Translations under genes and position numbers: made by a program
In this document: piece after piece, positions 40,608 to 53,421 of the stretch
Position numbering within the stretch: the first letter of the stretch is position 1
Layout: every line of letters starts with the position of its first letter
DNA from: Cercozoa sp. M6MM
Lineage: Eukaryota; Protista; Endomyxa: Ascetosporea
DNA: 61,114 bases
Strand: one strand, 5' to 3'
Assembly: GCA_040357565.1 (NCBI GenBank)
Contig: JBDODJ010000065.1
Notes under the pieces: generated by a model
Seen by the model: only the letters and a program-made list of their open reading frames with translations
What the model was told of the DNA's origin: nothing
Database searches by the model: none

Positions 40608-43116
40608 TTACTGCACGTCAATCGTCGTGCACCGAGATACGCCGCAGTTTCTTGTCGTTGAAGCGACTGCAAAGCATGCAACGCAGCGGCAGTCGTCCTT
40701 TCTGCGGCATGGCAGGAATGATACAGCACAAAACAGCAGCAGAAATGGCTGGACAGGCTGTACCAGCGTAAACGAGGCCGGTGGGTGCTCTGCGATGAGT
40801 GCAAAGCCAAGCTGTCGCAGCGTCTTGTGGAGTGGGCACTTTTTGCCGCCTCGGCATCTGCGGCCTGGCCACTTTTTCGGCTGCACACGCACACAGGAAG
40901 GTAAATAGACCAAGAGGAAAGAACAGACAAAGCGCATGTACCATGTTCCAGTAGTACGGGTCGTTTTCCTGCTTCTTATGACAGGTTTCGCAGAAGAAGC
41001 CCGAGCTGCATGAGTACGTTGCCACATCGCAGCAGTACTGGCACTGTACACACACACACCATATGCTTATTAAAACTACCCCCTTCCTTGGCAGTCGCTT
41101 GGTACCTTCACCTGCAACTCAGTCGTGTGGTGAGTCGGACACTGCCAAAGCCCGGCCTTGATGGCAGCGCATGAGCGGCACAGTGCTACATCATACCGGG
41201 TCAAGTAAGTTCCTTGCCCCCTTTCTCTAGTTGGTGAGAAAGAAGATACATACATATAACAATAAATATATACATATATATAAAGAGAGAGAGAGAAAAT
41301 ACTCATGCGACTGTGAAGTAAGCGCGGTGCATCAGCAGCTTCGCAATCCGAGAGTCCGCGCACGTACAATCTGGAGCAGTCACTGCAGCGAGCGACGCGT
41401 ACCTTGGAGAACATGAGGTCCCAGTTTTGTTTGACCACCTGCGCCTCCAGTTCTAACCACAACGCACATCAAGTACTCTCCCTCAGCACATTGTGAAAAC
41501 CTGTGTGTACCGGGATTCGATTGGTTCAGTAGGTACTCCTTGATGACCTTCTGAGCTTCCACGTACACGGAGTGCACACGAGTCAAGTCCGGGTTACTGT
41601 GGACACAGGGATCGACACGGAAGACACAGGGCAAAGCGTAAAGAGCACCCCAAGAATTTAGCCATGGCGCACATGTCTTTCGGTTTGCGGTGGTTGTTGC
41701 AGAACGGGCACCAGCGAAACTGTGCGTGGCCTGCTCACACAAGCGGTCAACACAAGTACACACTCTCATCTCTTTCTTGCGGGACCTTTCGGCAGCGGCA
41801 GGTCGATGTGCGTGGCCTCCAGCAGCTGCTGCACCACGCTGTAGCGCAGCGTTTCTTGCTCGGCCGTCAGTTCGATCTCCTGTATACGAGAGGCATAGAT
41901 AAAGACAGGTTGACAGTTGGAAGAGCCAGCAGGCAATGCTACAGCCATCTCTTCGGCAGACATTTCGATGGCATCGTGGTTGCCGCACATGTGTCGCAGA
42001 CAGTCGCGACAAATGCCTTTTGCTGAAGACGGAGAAAGAAGACATAGACACAAGTGGTGCCCACAGAGAGAGGTGTATACTGTCCATATAGTGGAGACGT
42101 ACGACAGACGCTGCAGCGGAGGAGTAGCCACTTGCCTGTCTTTCGCTGGCGTTTGCGACTCTTGGACGGCATGCCCGTGTCCTCCGGAAAGTCGCAGGCG
42201 CAGATGAAACATGTGTCTGCACATATATATATATATATATATATACATATAAATATAGCACACACGCACGCACACACACACGCACAGGCGGAGGTGTCAC
42301 AGAGGTGTCAGGGCAAGAAGAGACAGACGTACCAATGTCAGGGTCGTCCTGCTCTTCCTTGGCACTGTAGGCAACTCGAGTCAGATCCACGGCTGGCTCC
42401 TCGTCCTCCTCGGACGACGCCGCGTAGAACTCGTCGTCCGTAGCGTCTGGATCCTCTTCTTCTGGCTCAGGCTCCGGCTCCGGCTCCGGCTCAGGCTCAG
42501 GCACAGGCTCAGGTTCAGGTTCAGGTTCAGCTTTCGGCTCAGGTTCCTCATCGTCCGCCATGAGGCTGTCCAGCAGGTCGTTCACAGGCCTGCTAGCAGT
42601 GCCGGTACTGGAGATCGCTGTGGACACGGGTGTCGAGTCAGTGTAGGCCACGTGCGACTGTGTGACCACCTGATCACCGTCGCGGTAGGTCACTGATACC
42701 ACGGGTTGACTCGATGTCTGCACACGTGCTCGCTTGCGCCGCCGCACGACGCGCACCGTTCGTTTCTTCGGCTTGGGCGATGCCTTGACTGCCTTGCCAG
42801 CTTCGACTGTCTTGCTTGCTTTGACTGCTTTGGGAGCTTCGATTGCCTCAGGTGCCTCCTTCGCTTTGACAGGCTTGGGAGCTTCGATTGCCTCAGGTGC
42901 TTCCGCGCGGAAGTGATGAGCTGGCAGCTCAGGCAGCGAGGGTGCTCGACGTGGCGGCAGTGGATGCGGCAGTGGACGAGGCTGCGTCAACTCCGGCTCT
43001 GGCTCGCGTTTGAACTCTCGCTTCACCTCGGCTTTCACTTCGGCTTTTACAGCTCTCGCCTGGACTGCCTGCTCATTTTCCAAACAACTGATGCGGTCAA
43101 GGCTGAACGAGGGCAT
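40608..43116 (-). CDS. Protein with low-complexity PE/acidic N-terminus and C-terminal MYCBP2-like tandem-cysteine (RCR) domain
   Basis: RCSDCSRLYVRGLSDCE…LCRSC…CPTH…CQYCCDVATYSCSSGFFCETCH…CRGGKKCPL…HPP…CVAC parallels the MYCBP2 C-terminal Cys/His pattern. Confidence 0.72.
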
Positions 43117-43636
43117 GTGTCGCTAGGATAGATACCGAAGGAAGCGGCGGGATCACAGGTGGCTCATCGCCTGTCAGGTCAAATAGAGCAAACTGTGCCG
43201 ACAAAAGCTCATCGAGGTCGATCGGCTCGCAGTTCTACGAAACAATGACACATCACCAAACCCGCGACCGAAAGAAAGGTCGCTCGGAAAAACTCAAAAT
43301 GATACCCTGTAAGGGTTTCGAGCGACTCTGTGTTGGTACATAGCGCAAGGAGTGACGCAAGTCCAATTATGTGGGCCAAGTGTGATTTTAGTGCCGTAAA
43401 ACGCGCTTGAGTGATTGACCAAACAAAATAAAAAAATCTCCCCCCAAGATCGCACAAGCACTCGCCAGGAGTGCAGCAGGGCGCTGAACTTGCGTGCGAG
43501 GTCCACACGAGTGCTTTGCTATTCTGGCAGTCGAACGACGCCGCTATCAGCTGCTCGCGCGCTGCCAAGCATTTGTCCCTGTGTGTCCTCATTCGGTGGT
43601 GTGCGCGCTGACGCTGCAGCTTAGCACGGAGATTCC

Positions 43637-45402
43637 ATGGCTGGCGACCTCGACCGGCCGCTGCTCACAGATGACTCGATTACGTGCAACAACAGCGTGA
43701 GTGATGAGACGTTGCGACGCGCCAACTATGGCGCTCTGGACCACTCGATGCTTGATGTAAGGTTCCGCGCGGATCCCTTGCGGCATTTACGATTTTGGTT
43801 TTGCTTTTGCTTTAGGATGATGAGAGCGTTGATGGTGGCATGATTAGACGGCATCTAAAGGATGACTCGAACGTTGGTACGCAGCTTTTGAACTGCTGTG
43901 CTCATCCGCACTGCGAAAAGCTGATGCGTGACTCGAGATTTTAATTTTGTAGAGGTCGTGCTGGAAGACAAGCGACTGTCACTTGGACCCGCTGTGATGA
44001 ATATGATGAACATGATAGTCGGCAGCGGCGTGATTGGTCTGCCGAACACGCTGAACCAGATGGGTCCCGGTCTGGGTCTTCTCATGATGAGCACCGTCGC
44101 TCTGTCGTGCGAGTACACGGCGAGACTGCTCATCAAGGTCGGTCTCCGTGTGAAAGTCCTCGAATACGAGATGATGGCACGGTACACATGCTTGCATACT
44201 TGTGCTTGCATTGTGCTTGCATACTTGTGCTTGCATACTTGTGCTTGTGTGCATGTGTGTATCACTGTGCGTGTGCATGTGTGTGCATGCCTGTGTGCAG
44301 GAGGTTATGGGGCACCTTTGGTTTCGTCATTCTGTCCGTGTTCTGTTGGATTGCGAACTTTGGCGCGCTGGCTTCCTACGTGGTGATCATTCGCGACGAG
44401 GTGCCGGTGCGTTTCTCCTTCTGTGTGTCCGGCTTGGGTACGAGGTACCACTTGTGCCACACTACAGGTCGTGCTGCGCAACTACTTCGGCGACTCCTGG
44501 TGGACTGAGGTACGTCTTCCTGTTGAGTCTGTCCTTGAGTCTCCCCTTCTTGATTCTTGCTTGAACACACAAATATACACATGCTTGGGCAGACCACGGT
44601 GGTGGTCAGTGTGCTGCTCGTCTTCTTCGCACTGCCGCTCTTTGCTCCGCGCGACCTGTCGCGTCTGGCTTGGTATTATATCTTAGTTTAATACATCTCT
44701 ATGTATATATAGGTATGTATATATAATAGTATTAACAATAATAATATCTGCATGTTTTGTATATATCTATCTATATACATGTGTTTATTTATTGATGTAA
44801 TGTCAGGGCAAGCACAGTGTCGACGTTGGCCATCACGATCTTTGTCGTACTGGTCACAGTGCGTGGCTACATGGTGTCCGACGGCTTCAAGTACTCGGAT
44901 CGCATCGGTAGGAGTCTTGTCAGTCCCCTGAGTCCAGTCCCTTTAAGCCCCCCCCCCCCCCCCTGCTTTGGTGTGTAGTGTCGGACCTGCCGCCGTACGA
45001 ATTCGTGCGCGATGACTGGCAACGAGTGTTCCAGGTATTTGTGCGACCAGTGGAGGGTTGCAGGTGCTCCTGGGGGCTGCTTCAACCTGCATCCGTGTCT
45101 CACAGGGCGTCGGCACCATGAGCTTTGCCTTTGCGGTGCATGATGTGACTTACGCCATGTTCAACACGTAGTCTTTTCTGCATACATTGTCTTGTCTGTC
45201 AGTCATCTATCTCTCTATAGATATATACATGGATGTAATGTGGGCAGACTGAGAGAGCACACCTACAAGGGTTGGGTGCGAGTGACGCGACTGTCCTTCC
45301 TGGCGTCGTTCCTCATCCAGGCACTCTTTGCCGTGTGCGGTTATGCCACCTTCTACGGCGACACCGAGGCCAATATCATGTAGTCTACTTTCTCTTGTTG
45401 CC

Positions 45403-45437
<35 letters not shown>

Positions 45438-46783
45438 AAGTTGACCCTTTGACCTCACCCTCCCTCTTGCTCAGGAGACAGTTCGACGACAGCGATCACA
45501 TCATGAATGGCGTTCGTATTATCATGGGTACACCCCTTCCTTCTAGTACTCGTGTTGTTGTCAAAGGTGTGTCTGCGGACAGGCATCTCGATGATCCTGA
45601 CGATGCCGATGATTCATTATGTCGCGCGGCACTACTTGCTTGCACTGCTGGAACTCACTCTGGTACCTCCCTGTTTAAAAAGGCTGGGAGTCCAGGCTGC
45701 TAGTTCAGACTGGTAGGAATAATGACTCTGAGTAGGGCACAGAGGCCTTCCAAGGCAGTCGACGCACGCAGCACTTTGCCAACCTGGCCAGTGTGGACGA
45801 CGACTCCGACACTGACGACGAGGAAGAACACGAGGTCGAAGTGCGCACGCAGCCGACTTCGCTCTCGGCCATTCCCGAAGACGATAGTGTCGACGACATG
45901 TCCATCAATATGCACCCATCGGTAGGCCTATCATGCCCTTATCATACCTGTACACTACCTATCTCTATCTATGTATCCACTACTTATCATGATAAGATAA
46001 GTAAAACGTTATAGATGTAGAGTTATAGATGAATACAGATATCGATACAGAAAGAGATAAAGATATGAAGGTCTGAGTATGTGTGTATGTCTATATTGCA
46101 TCTTGCAGGAGGACTCGCAGCACGAGTCGAAGCGAGTACGTGCGCCGCCACCTGTCTCTGTACCCGTTCCCTCCCTCCCCCACCTAAGATACAAGGATGA
46201 TGATTGCCAACTCGTGTGTCAGGTGAGGGCAAGCAACACGTGTTTCTACGGCGTCACTCTGTTCCACTTCCTCGCTGCTGGAGGTACAGATCGCTCCCTT
46301 GCACTCCCTCCTTTACCCCCTCCCCCCTCTCCTATCTCTGCAGCGATCGGTCTCAAAGTCGGCGATCTCGGTTTGGTGCTGGAGGTACCTGACACCCCAT
46401 ACACCCTCATACACCTAGATCATCATTACACATAGGTGACGGGGTCGCTTGCGGCTTCTGGTGTCGGCTACGTGCTGCCTGTGCTGTTCTACTGGACGTA
46501 CTGCGTCTCTTGCTGCCTCTCTTGCTACCCTTCCCATTATCTGTCTGTGTGTTTAGTGTCGTGGGCTTCTGGACGCCATGGCGCCGTGTGCGTCGTGCGC
46601 CGACCTTCCTGAGCGCCGTGTATCGCTGCTTGTCGGCTTTGGTGAGTCGTTGGTGTCTCTATCACTCTCGGGCGCTGATACTCTTCCCTTTCTCCTTAGG
46701 TCCCGTGCTTTGTGCTCGCGTTCGGCCTGACGTCGATGCTGGTCGGCACCTCGCTCGCTTTTGTCGATGCCTTCTCCGATTAG
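43637..46783 (+). CDS. Amino-acid transporter, SLC38/AVT (Aa_trans) family
   Basis: NMMNMIVGSGVIGLP, FGALASYVVIIRD, GVGTMSFAFAVHD, CGYATFYGDTEANIM, DLGLVLEVTGSLAA; TAG 46781-46783. Confidence 0.92.
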
Positions 46784-46978
46784 CTGTCTGTGATAAGCGG
46801 CATAGATTGTCGTCGACAAATGCACTGCCATTTAGTACTTAGCACCATTAAATACTGTCAAAACGGCCCACAATTTTTTTAAACATAAATTTTTTAATAC
46901 TGTTGTCTTGTGTGACCACGGCGAATTTGGGCGCACTCTAAGCTGAGAGAAAGGTGTGCTCAGGCGCGTGTGCATGCA

Positions 46979-49900
46979 ATGTTTGCGCCCAGAACAGCAG
47001 CACTGCGCGTTAGAGCGACCTCGAGGCAGAATGTCGGTGCGGTGCGCCGTTCTGTGTCGCTCTCGCCGGCGGACACGGCGTTGAATGCCTGGTTCTGGAG
47101 CGACGGCATCCGCGCGGACATCCGCGATCCTGCGTGGGAGAAGTGTATCCACCAGGTGGCGAGCCAGACCGCCAACTGTTCGAGCGAAATGCTGGCCCTG
47201 AGCGCCACCAGACTGCTCACCGACAAGCGCGCCGTCGACTTTTCTTCCTGTGCGTTTCTTGTGACGTTTTGTGACGTTTCTTCTGCGATGTTTCTTGTGT
47301 GGCGTTATTTAGCGGCGTTTCTTGTGTAGTCTTGAAGCTGCTAGCGAAGAACGCGTCGTCCGTGCTGCCGCCCGACGCCAGTCAGGAGGAGAAACGCGCG
47401 CGCAGTCTCTCGCGCACCGCGTTCGTGCGCATGCTGATGCAGATGGACGAGTCGTATTGTTGTTTTTTTTCTTCTTGTTGTTTTTTTCTTGTTGTTTTCT
47501 TTTTGTTGATTTATTTCAGCTTCTGTCTTTTGTTGTTTTTGGTTGCTTTTTGTTGTTTTTTGTTGTTTTTGGTTGTTTTTGTTGTTTTCTTTGTTATTTT
47601 TCTTTTTGTTGTTGTTTTTTGTTGTTTTGCTGTGTTTTCTTGTTGTTTTGTCTTGTTTTGTCTTGTTTTTACGAGTCGTTTTTGCTGGCGTGTTGTTTTT
47701 CTTTTTGCTTGTTGTTTTTTTCTTGTTGTTCAGTGTGCCATGTGTTGCAGGTGCACGAAGCGCAACGCGAAACGGATCGTCGAAGCGGCGGAGAATTGCG
47801 ACATGATCTTCCGCATGATGTGGTCGCCGGCAGAGGTGCGCCGACTTGTTGTTTCTGCGGATCGTTGTTGTTTTTCTTGATGTGTGCCCAGCAGGGAGCA
47901 CAGGAGACAATGTCGTTCGAGTGTGCGCATGACGTGCAGGCCACTCTCCTGCGACTGCACCATTCTGCCCTGCTTGTGCTTCTTTCTTTGGGGGGGGGGT
48001 AAAGATGGGGATGGGGGGGGGTAAAGACGGGGTAAAGACGGGTAGTTGTGCGCAGAAGACGAAATCCGCAGAGGAAGCGACGACACAGATGTTGCAACGA
48101 TGTGAGCGCGAACTGGTCGGTTTTACCCCCCCCCCTGCCCCCCTTTACCCCCCTGTATTCAGAGCGAGTTGCACGCAGTCGTGACAGCCAAGAAAGCGGC
48201 GAAGTTGAGCGACTTTGAACGCGGCGCGGCGGCGGCGTGTGCCGAGACACTGTGTCACTTGGACCTCTTGGCTCCGGACAGACGGCGTGTGCGCGTGCTG
48301 GCATCGTCGATACTGGAGGCACTGTCTTCCACTGAGCACTCGCTCTTCGTCCGCGCGGTTGAGAATCTACGAGGCGACACAGGTTGCCCTTAGCCCTACC
48401 CCTCTCCCCATGCTTACCCCTTACTTCTTGGTCCTAGATGACTTGAGTTTCGGCGTGAATTTCTCGAAGCTCAGACAGAACGGGGATGCCGGTGATGCAC
48501 TGGTATATTCTTGTATTTTTCCGACACTCTGGTCTGACTGACCTGTGTGTGACTACTGACCTGAGTGTGACTACTGACCTACTGACCTGTGTGACTACTA
48601 CCTGCATGTGCGACTGCACAGTGCCGAGCCGCACTGGACGCTCTGCGATCTCGCGACTTTGTCGTCTTTACCGAAGGTACCACGGTTTACCCCCCTTACC
48701 CCCCCCCCCCCCCCCCCCCCCCCCCCCAGCTATCGAGTTCTTGGGCGAGCCGGGCACGCGTGTGCCGCGTTTCGTTCCGCTGAGAGAGTTGTTGGACGAG
48801 TTGTGCACAATGTCGTAAGTTTTGCACCTACTTATATATTCGGGATCCGCGCGGATGAGGCTTGTGTGATGGTAGTGGTGAAGAACTCGATGACATTGGG
48901 GATGTGGCTGAGGCACTGCATGATCTCGTGCTGTCTGGACGGTTCAAAGCATCGCAGGTATCATTTTCTCACTTTCGACAGTCGAGTCACAACTTGGGGG
49001 AGGGGGTGCTGATACTGGGGTCACTTGCAGTTCAGAAACGTCGAGTTCGAAGCGTGCGAACTCATGACTCGATCACTTCGCTTCTCGCAGAACTTCCTTT
49101 CAGTAGCTTGCTTGCTTAACGCACTGCCTTACTTTACTTGCTCCCTATTGATCCCCTCCCTCTCCCCACCACACCTTAGCACTCGTGCTACTGTGCAGGC
49201 AGTGTCGACAGAGCGCAGTGCATCGGCCAAACTGGTGGATATGTGCCTCAAGGATCTGGTAGCAAAAGAATTGAGCCGGCTCAAAATATCGGGCTGCCTT
49301 ATTGAAACACCTGTCTGGACAGATAGCGCTACAGAGACATAAGGACACGAAGGTGACCGTGCTGGGTGCACACACAGGGTGTCTGCGCTACGTGCGGCAG
49401 ACGTACGAGCGTTTCCCGAGTCTGATGAACCGTCGCACGCGCGAGCACGTGCTCGGCGTGACGGAGCGAATGCAGCGGCACCTGCTGTCGCTGGAGCACC
49501 TGCAGGCGCACGCGGTGCTGCTGCGCGACGAGTTGCTGCGCTGCAATGCTGTGCTGCAGGGCGCCACGCTGCGTACGCTGCAGCAGACGTCGCACGACCT
49601 GCAGGCGCGGAACGATCAGATGCAGTCCGAGCTGCGCCGAGTCACGGCGAGTCAGAGCGCTCTGCGCAAGAACAACGACGTGCTCAAGCGTGAGAAGGCG
49701 CAACTCAAGTCCAAGTGCAACTCGCTGTCCCAGCAGTTCGACTCGGAGTTGACTGAGGACACCGAGTTGACTGAGGACACCGAGTTGACTGAGGTCACTG
49801 AGGGCTTGGATGAGGATTTGGACGAAGACTTGGACGAGGATTTGGACGAGGATTTGGATGAAGACTTGGACGAGGATTTGGACGAAGACTTGGACGAAGA

Positions 49901-50454
49901 CTTGGACGAAGATTTGGACGAAAGGACTGAAGAGGCCGAGGAGACAGGCACGGAGGAAGCGGAAGAGGAGGAGACTTTGGCAGACACAGAGGAGACTCTG
50001 GTGGAGGAGTTCGGCGATGTCCACGCGGACGAGTTTGGCTACGTCCACGCGGATGCCGAGTTCGAAGATAGTGATGAAGAGGATGAGGGGAAGGACGATG
50101 AAGACGATGGTGAGGAAGAGGATGATGAGGACGATGATGAGGAAGATGATGATGACGAGGAGGTTTTCTCGTTTGTTTCGCTTGGGTTGTGCGTGTGTAT
50201 TTTATGCGTTTCCCTTGTGTGGTCACTAGGTCACGGTCGAAAACCTGCACCTCTACTTGCCTGCCGAAGTCCCAAAAGAAATGATTTCTGCCATGGTGAG
50301 CAGCATCATGGTGCGTTCGGCTCTTCTCTTCTCGAATGAGACCTCATCTTGTGCGTTCTAGGGCGCCGACACGCCTGATGCCGACCTGGAACAAGCTGTG
50401 AACGAAGTGGTAGCCAGGCGCCGCGCCAAGCTTGCCGCCGAAAAAGCTGAGTGA
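46979..50454 (+). CDS. Hypothetical protein: presequence-like N-terminus, helical body, coiled coil, long acidic tail
   Basis: MFAPRTAALRVRATSR…; GC-rich exons with GT-AG introns; ORF 49302-50339 carries the coiled coil and DEDL repeats; last exon …KLAAEKAE*. Confidence 0.6.
47455..47750. repeat. T/G-rich low-complexity (TTG/TTTTG) intron expansion
   Basis: Seen directly; explains the spurious Phe/Val/Cys-rich ORFs. Confidence 0.9.
49807..49921 (+). repeat. Coding 12-bp tandem repeat (LDED)n
   Basis: TTGGAYGARGAY x about 9-10, variation confined to synonymous sites. Confidence 0.9.
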
Positions 50455-50984
50455 GCAACTCATTTTGGACTGGACAATCGATTCGCTCCCACAGCCAACT
50501 GCGATTTTTATCGGCGCGTACCCGACCGTCGCTCCAGTACTCGTATTACCGTACCGTACGTTACGTACGTCATGTTAAGCTAAGGCTACCGTACGTACCA
50601 CGAGCACGTTCAAGCCAGGCAGGGTTCTTTGTCGTGTTCGATCAACTGAAAACTATCGCTAGCGAAACCAACGTTAATCACCAGATGGAACTGATGAGGC
50701 GTATATAAAGCTCCGGAAGTTCTATCCTGCATTTCGGCCAGTTTTTGTAGAAATTGATGATTTCCAGCGAACTGACGAAAAAACAAAAAATCAACTCCGG
50801 ACCATCCACGGTTGTTTCCCAAAGCTCAATTGAGTGCAGAAGCAACAGCAAGCCTTGCCTTACTCGCGGGACGTTCAGGCCATTAAATCGCCCCAAGAGT
50901 TGCAAACGACTGACAAGATTTGCAATCCTGGGATTCGTTCTTCAGTTTCCACAAGTCAGAGCCAGCCGAGCTACTTGGAAGAAA

Positions 50985-52369
50985 ATGCGCATTCTGTGGG
51001 CTACATTTGCAGCGGCAACGTTGCTGCACGCACACACGACGTTTTTTGACGACTTCAGCACGTTCGATCGTGACTGGACTGTCTCGAAATGGAAAGGAGA
51101 CGAGCAAGGCGTCTTCCGGAAAGCGGCAGCGAACTGGCATGTCGGCGACGCGCAGCGAGGCATTCAGACTGCCGAAGACAATAAATTCTACGCCGCCGCG
51201 CGAAAGCTCGAGACTCCTTTCACCACGAAGGACAAGCCGCTGGTGATTCAGTACGCCGTCAAGTTTCCACAGGACATTGACTGTGGTGGCGGCTACCTGA
51301 AATTGCTTCCAAAGCTGCAAAGCGACGATGGATTGGGAGCACTCGAGAGCTTTGGCGGTGATTCTCCGTACGTCATAATGTTTGGCCCTGATATTTGCGG
51401 CAATACAAAGAAAACACACGTCATTCTCGCGTAAGTTGTATTCGCTATTTCTGTAAAATCGATATATGTTGCTTTTCATCTTGGACATTCAGGCACTCAA
51501 GCAAAGATGGAAAGCAACTTCAAAACAAGAGGCACATTGCTCCTGCCCACGATGTCTACACTGTACCGTTCTATTGCACCTCTCCGTAAGCACTGTACTT
51601 CAAGTTGTCTAAGATACCTTCAACTGGCTTCGCAGCATGTGTACACCTTGGTGCTACGACCCGACGAAACTTACGAAGTGCTGATTGACGGCGATTCAAA
51701 GCATTCGGGCCAGCTTCGAGAGGATTTCTCGTTTGAGCTTCCAGAGACAATGTTCGCTTTCTTCGGGCCAGCTCTGAATGCCCCGAATTATAGAATCTTT
51801 GGTGTTGCATAGTCCTGATCCCGAAGCCAAGAAACCGAGTGACTGGCCTAAAGCTATGGTCCCCGATGGAGAGACCGGTGACATGGTTCCGAATCCGGAG
51901 TTTGTGCCTTGGCAGGCACCGCGAATCCCCAATCGTACTACACGCCTCTCTGTCTGTTCTAGGGTACCTGCGTTGGACTTTGTTTGAGACAGCCGATTTC
52001 GTCAAGTACGACCAGGTGCACCATCACGAGATTCATGGCGTTGGAATCGACGTCTGGCAAGTCAAGGCAGGCACCGTATTTGAGGAGCTTCTCATCACGC
52101 ACAGCGAGGAGGAGGCGAAACAAGCGCGTGAAAAGCGCTTCTCGCGCGAAGCCATGCAAGCAGAAAAAAATATGAAGGCCAGCCATGTACTTCCCCTTTA
52201 ATTTTGTATCCAGCTCCTTTGTAGAAAACTATCATTCGGAAAGCAGGAGGCCAAGAAGGCCGATGAGGAAGACGAGGAGGAGACGAACGGTGACAGCGAT
52301 GATAGCGACATTGAAGAGAATGACATCGATATTGACGTCGACGCAGGCTCGGATCATTCCGACCTGTGA
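50985..52369 (+). CDS. CALR: Calreticulin with shortened P-domain
   Basis: Signal peptide, GIQTAEDNKFY, LVIQYAVKFPQDIDCGGGYLKL, YVIMFGPDICG, VGIDVWQVKAGTVF, acidic tail ending HSDL*. Confidence 0.93.
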
Positions 52370-52522
52370 CCACCTCAATGTGACTGATTCATTCATCTTT
52401 TACCATGTTTTGACAAACTGGAGTAAGAAAAATGAACATCTGACACTGGCAACCCTAACGCCAGTCCGTCTTTCCCAGAGTGATTAAACCAACCTGGTGG
52501 CTCGGAAAAAAGAGTAATGGAG

Positions 52523-52755
52523 CGATTTAGGCCCAACTGGCATGTTTAGGCTGTTGAGCATATGCCACACCACACTTCTCTGCTGGGCTAGACCTTTTTT
52601 TAGAGCGATGCACATGCCAGAAGTTTTTTTAGCCGGTCCGATTTAGGCCCAACTGGCATGTTTAGGCTGTTGAGCATATGCCACACCAACACTTCTCTGC
52701 TGGGCTAGACCTCTTTTTAGAGCGATGCACATGCCAGAAGTTTTTTTAGCCGGTC
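52523..52755. repeat. Tandem duplication of a 116/117-bp unit
   Basis: 52523-52638 and 52639-52755 differ by one indel and one substitution. Confidence 0.95.
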
Positions 52756-52899
52756 AACTGAAAACTGAAGTCCAGCTAATCGCCAAAACGAGCTAAGTTT
52801 GGAGCGGTGTCGATATTCTGGGCTAGCCAAATTTACTGTCAGCTTTAGGCGTTTGAAAGTCCCTTCGTTCGTCTGTTCGTACATTTCGTCAGTCAGTCC

Positions 52900-53421
52900 C
52901 TACTTCTCGGCCTGGTCCTGCTTAAAAGCGAGCTTGACCTCTGAAGATGGCTCCGTTGATGGCGCCTCGACGTGCTTCAGCGCCGAGCGGCCCGCAGGAG
53001 CTGTCACTTCCAACTGCACCTTCGCGTGCGTCAAACTGGCATCGGCCGGCTCTTCTACATGCTTCAGGTTTGCTTTCTTTTGCCCGGCCACTGCGACCTA
53101 CCAAGAGAGAGCACACACAAAAGAAGCGTAAACTTATTATTGAGCAGGTGCTGTTTCACTAGAATATACCTGGACCTGAGCCTGCGCGAGCGCTTGGTCA
53201 CTTGGACTACGCACGTGCTGCAGGTTCTTCTTGGGTGCCTTTACTGCGACCTGAACTTCCGCCTGGTGCAACGAAACGTTGGCACGCGGCTAAACGCAAA
53301 AAAAAACACAACACATTTTGGCTCTCGCATTTTATTTGGCCAAGCCAGGAAAATATACCTCGACGTGGGCGAGTTTCGGCTTGGACGAAATCTCACCAAG
53401 GAAGGTAGGCTTGCTGGACAT
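52900..53421 (-). CDS. Small tandem WH2/actobindin-like repeat protein
   Basis: MSSKPTFLGEISSKPKLAHVE, KNLQHVR, ANLKHVE, SALKHVE: four helix + LKHV-type repeats, two introns. Confidence 0.65.

Noticed and set aside
47299-48002. Long hydrophobic F/V/C-rich ORFs and K/N/Q-rich antisense ORFs
   Set aside because: Read-through of a T/G-rich intron. The HT/VC/RE-repeat ORFs elsewhere come from microsatellites in the same way.
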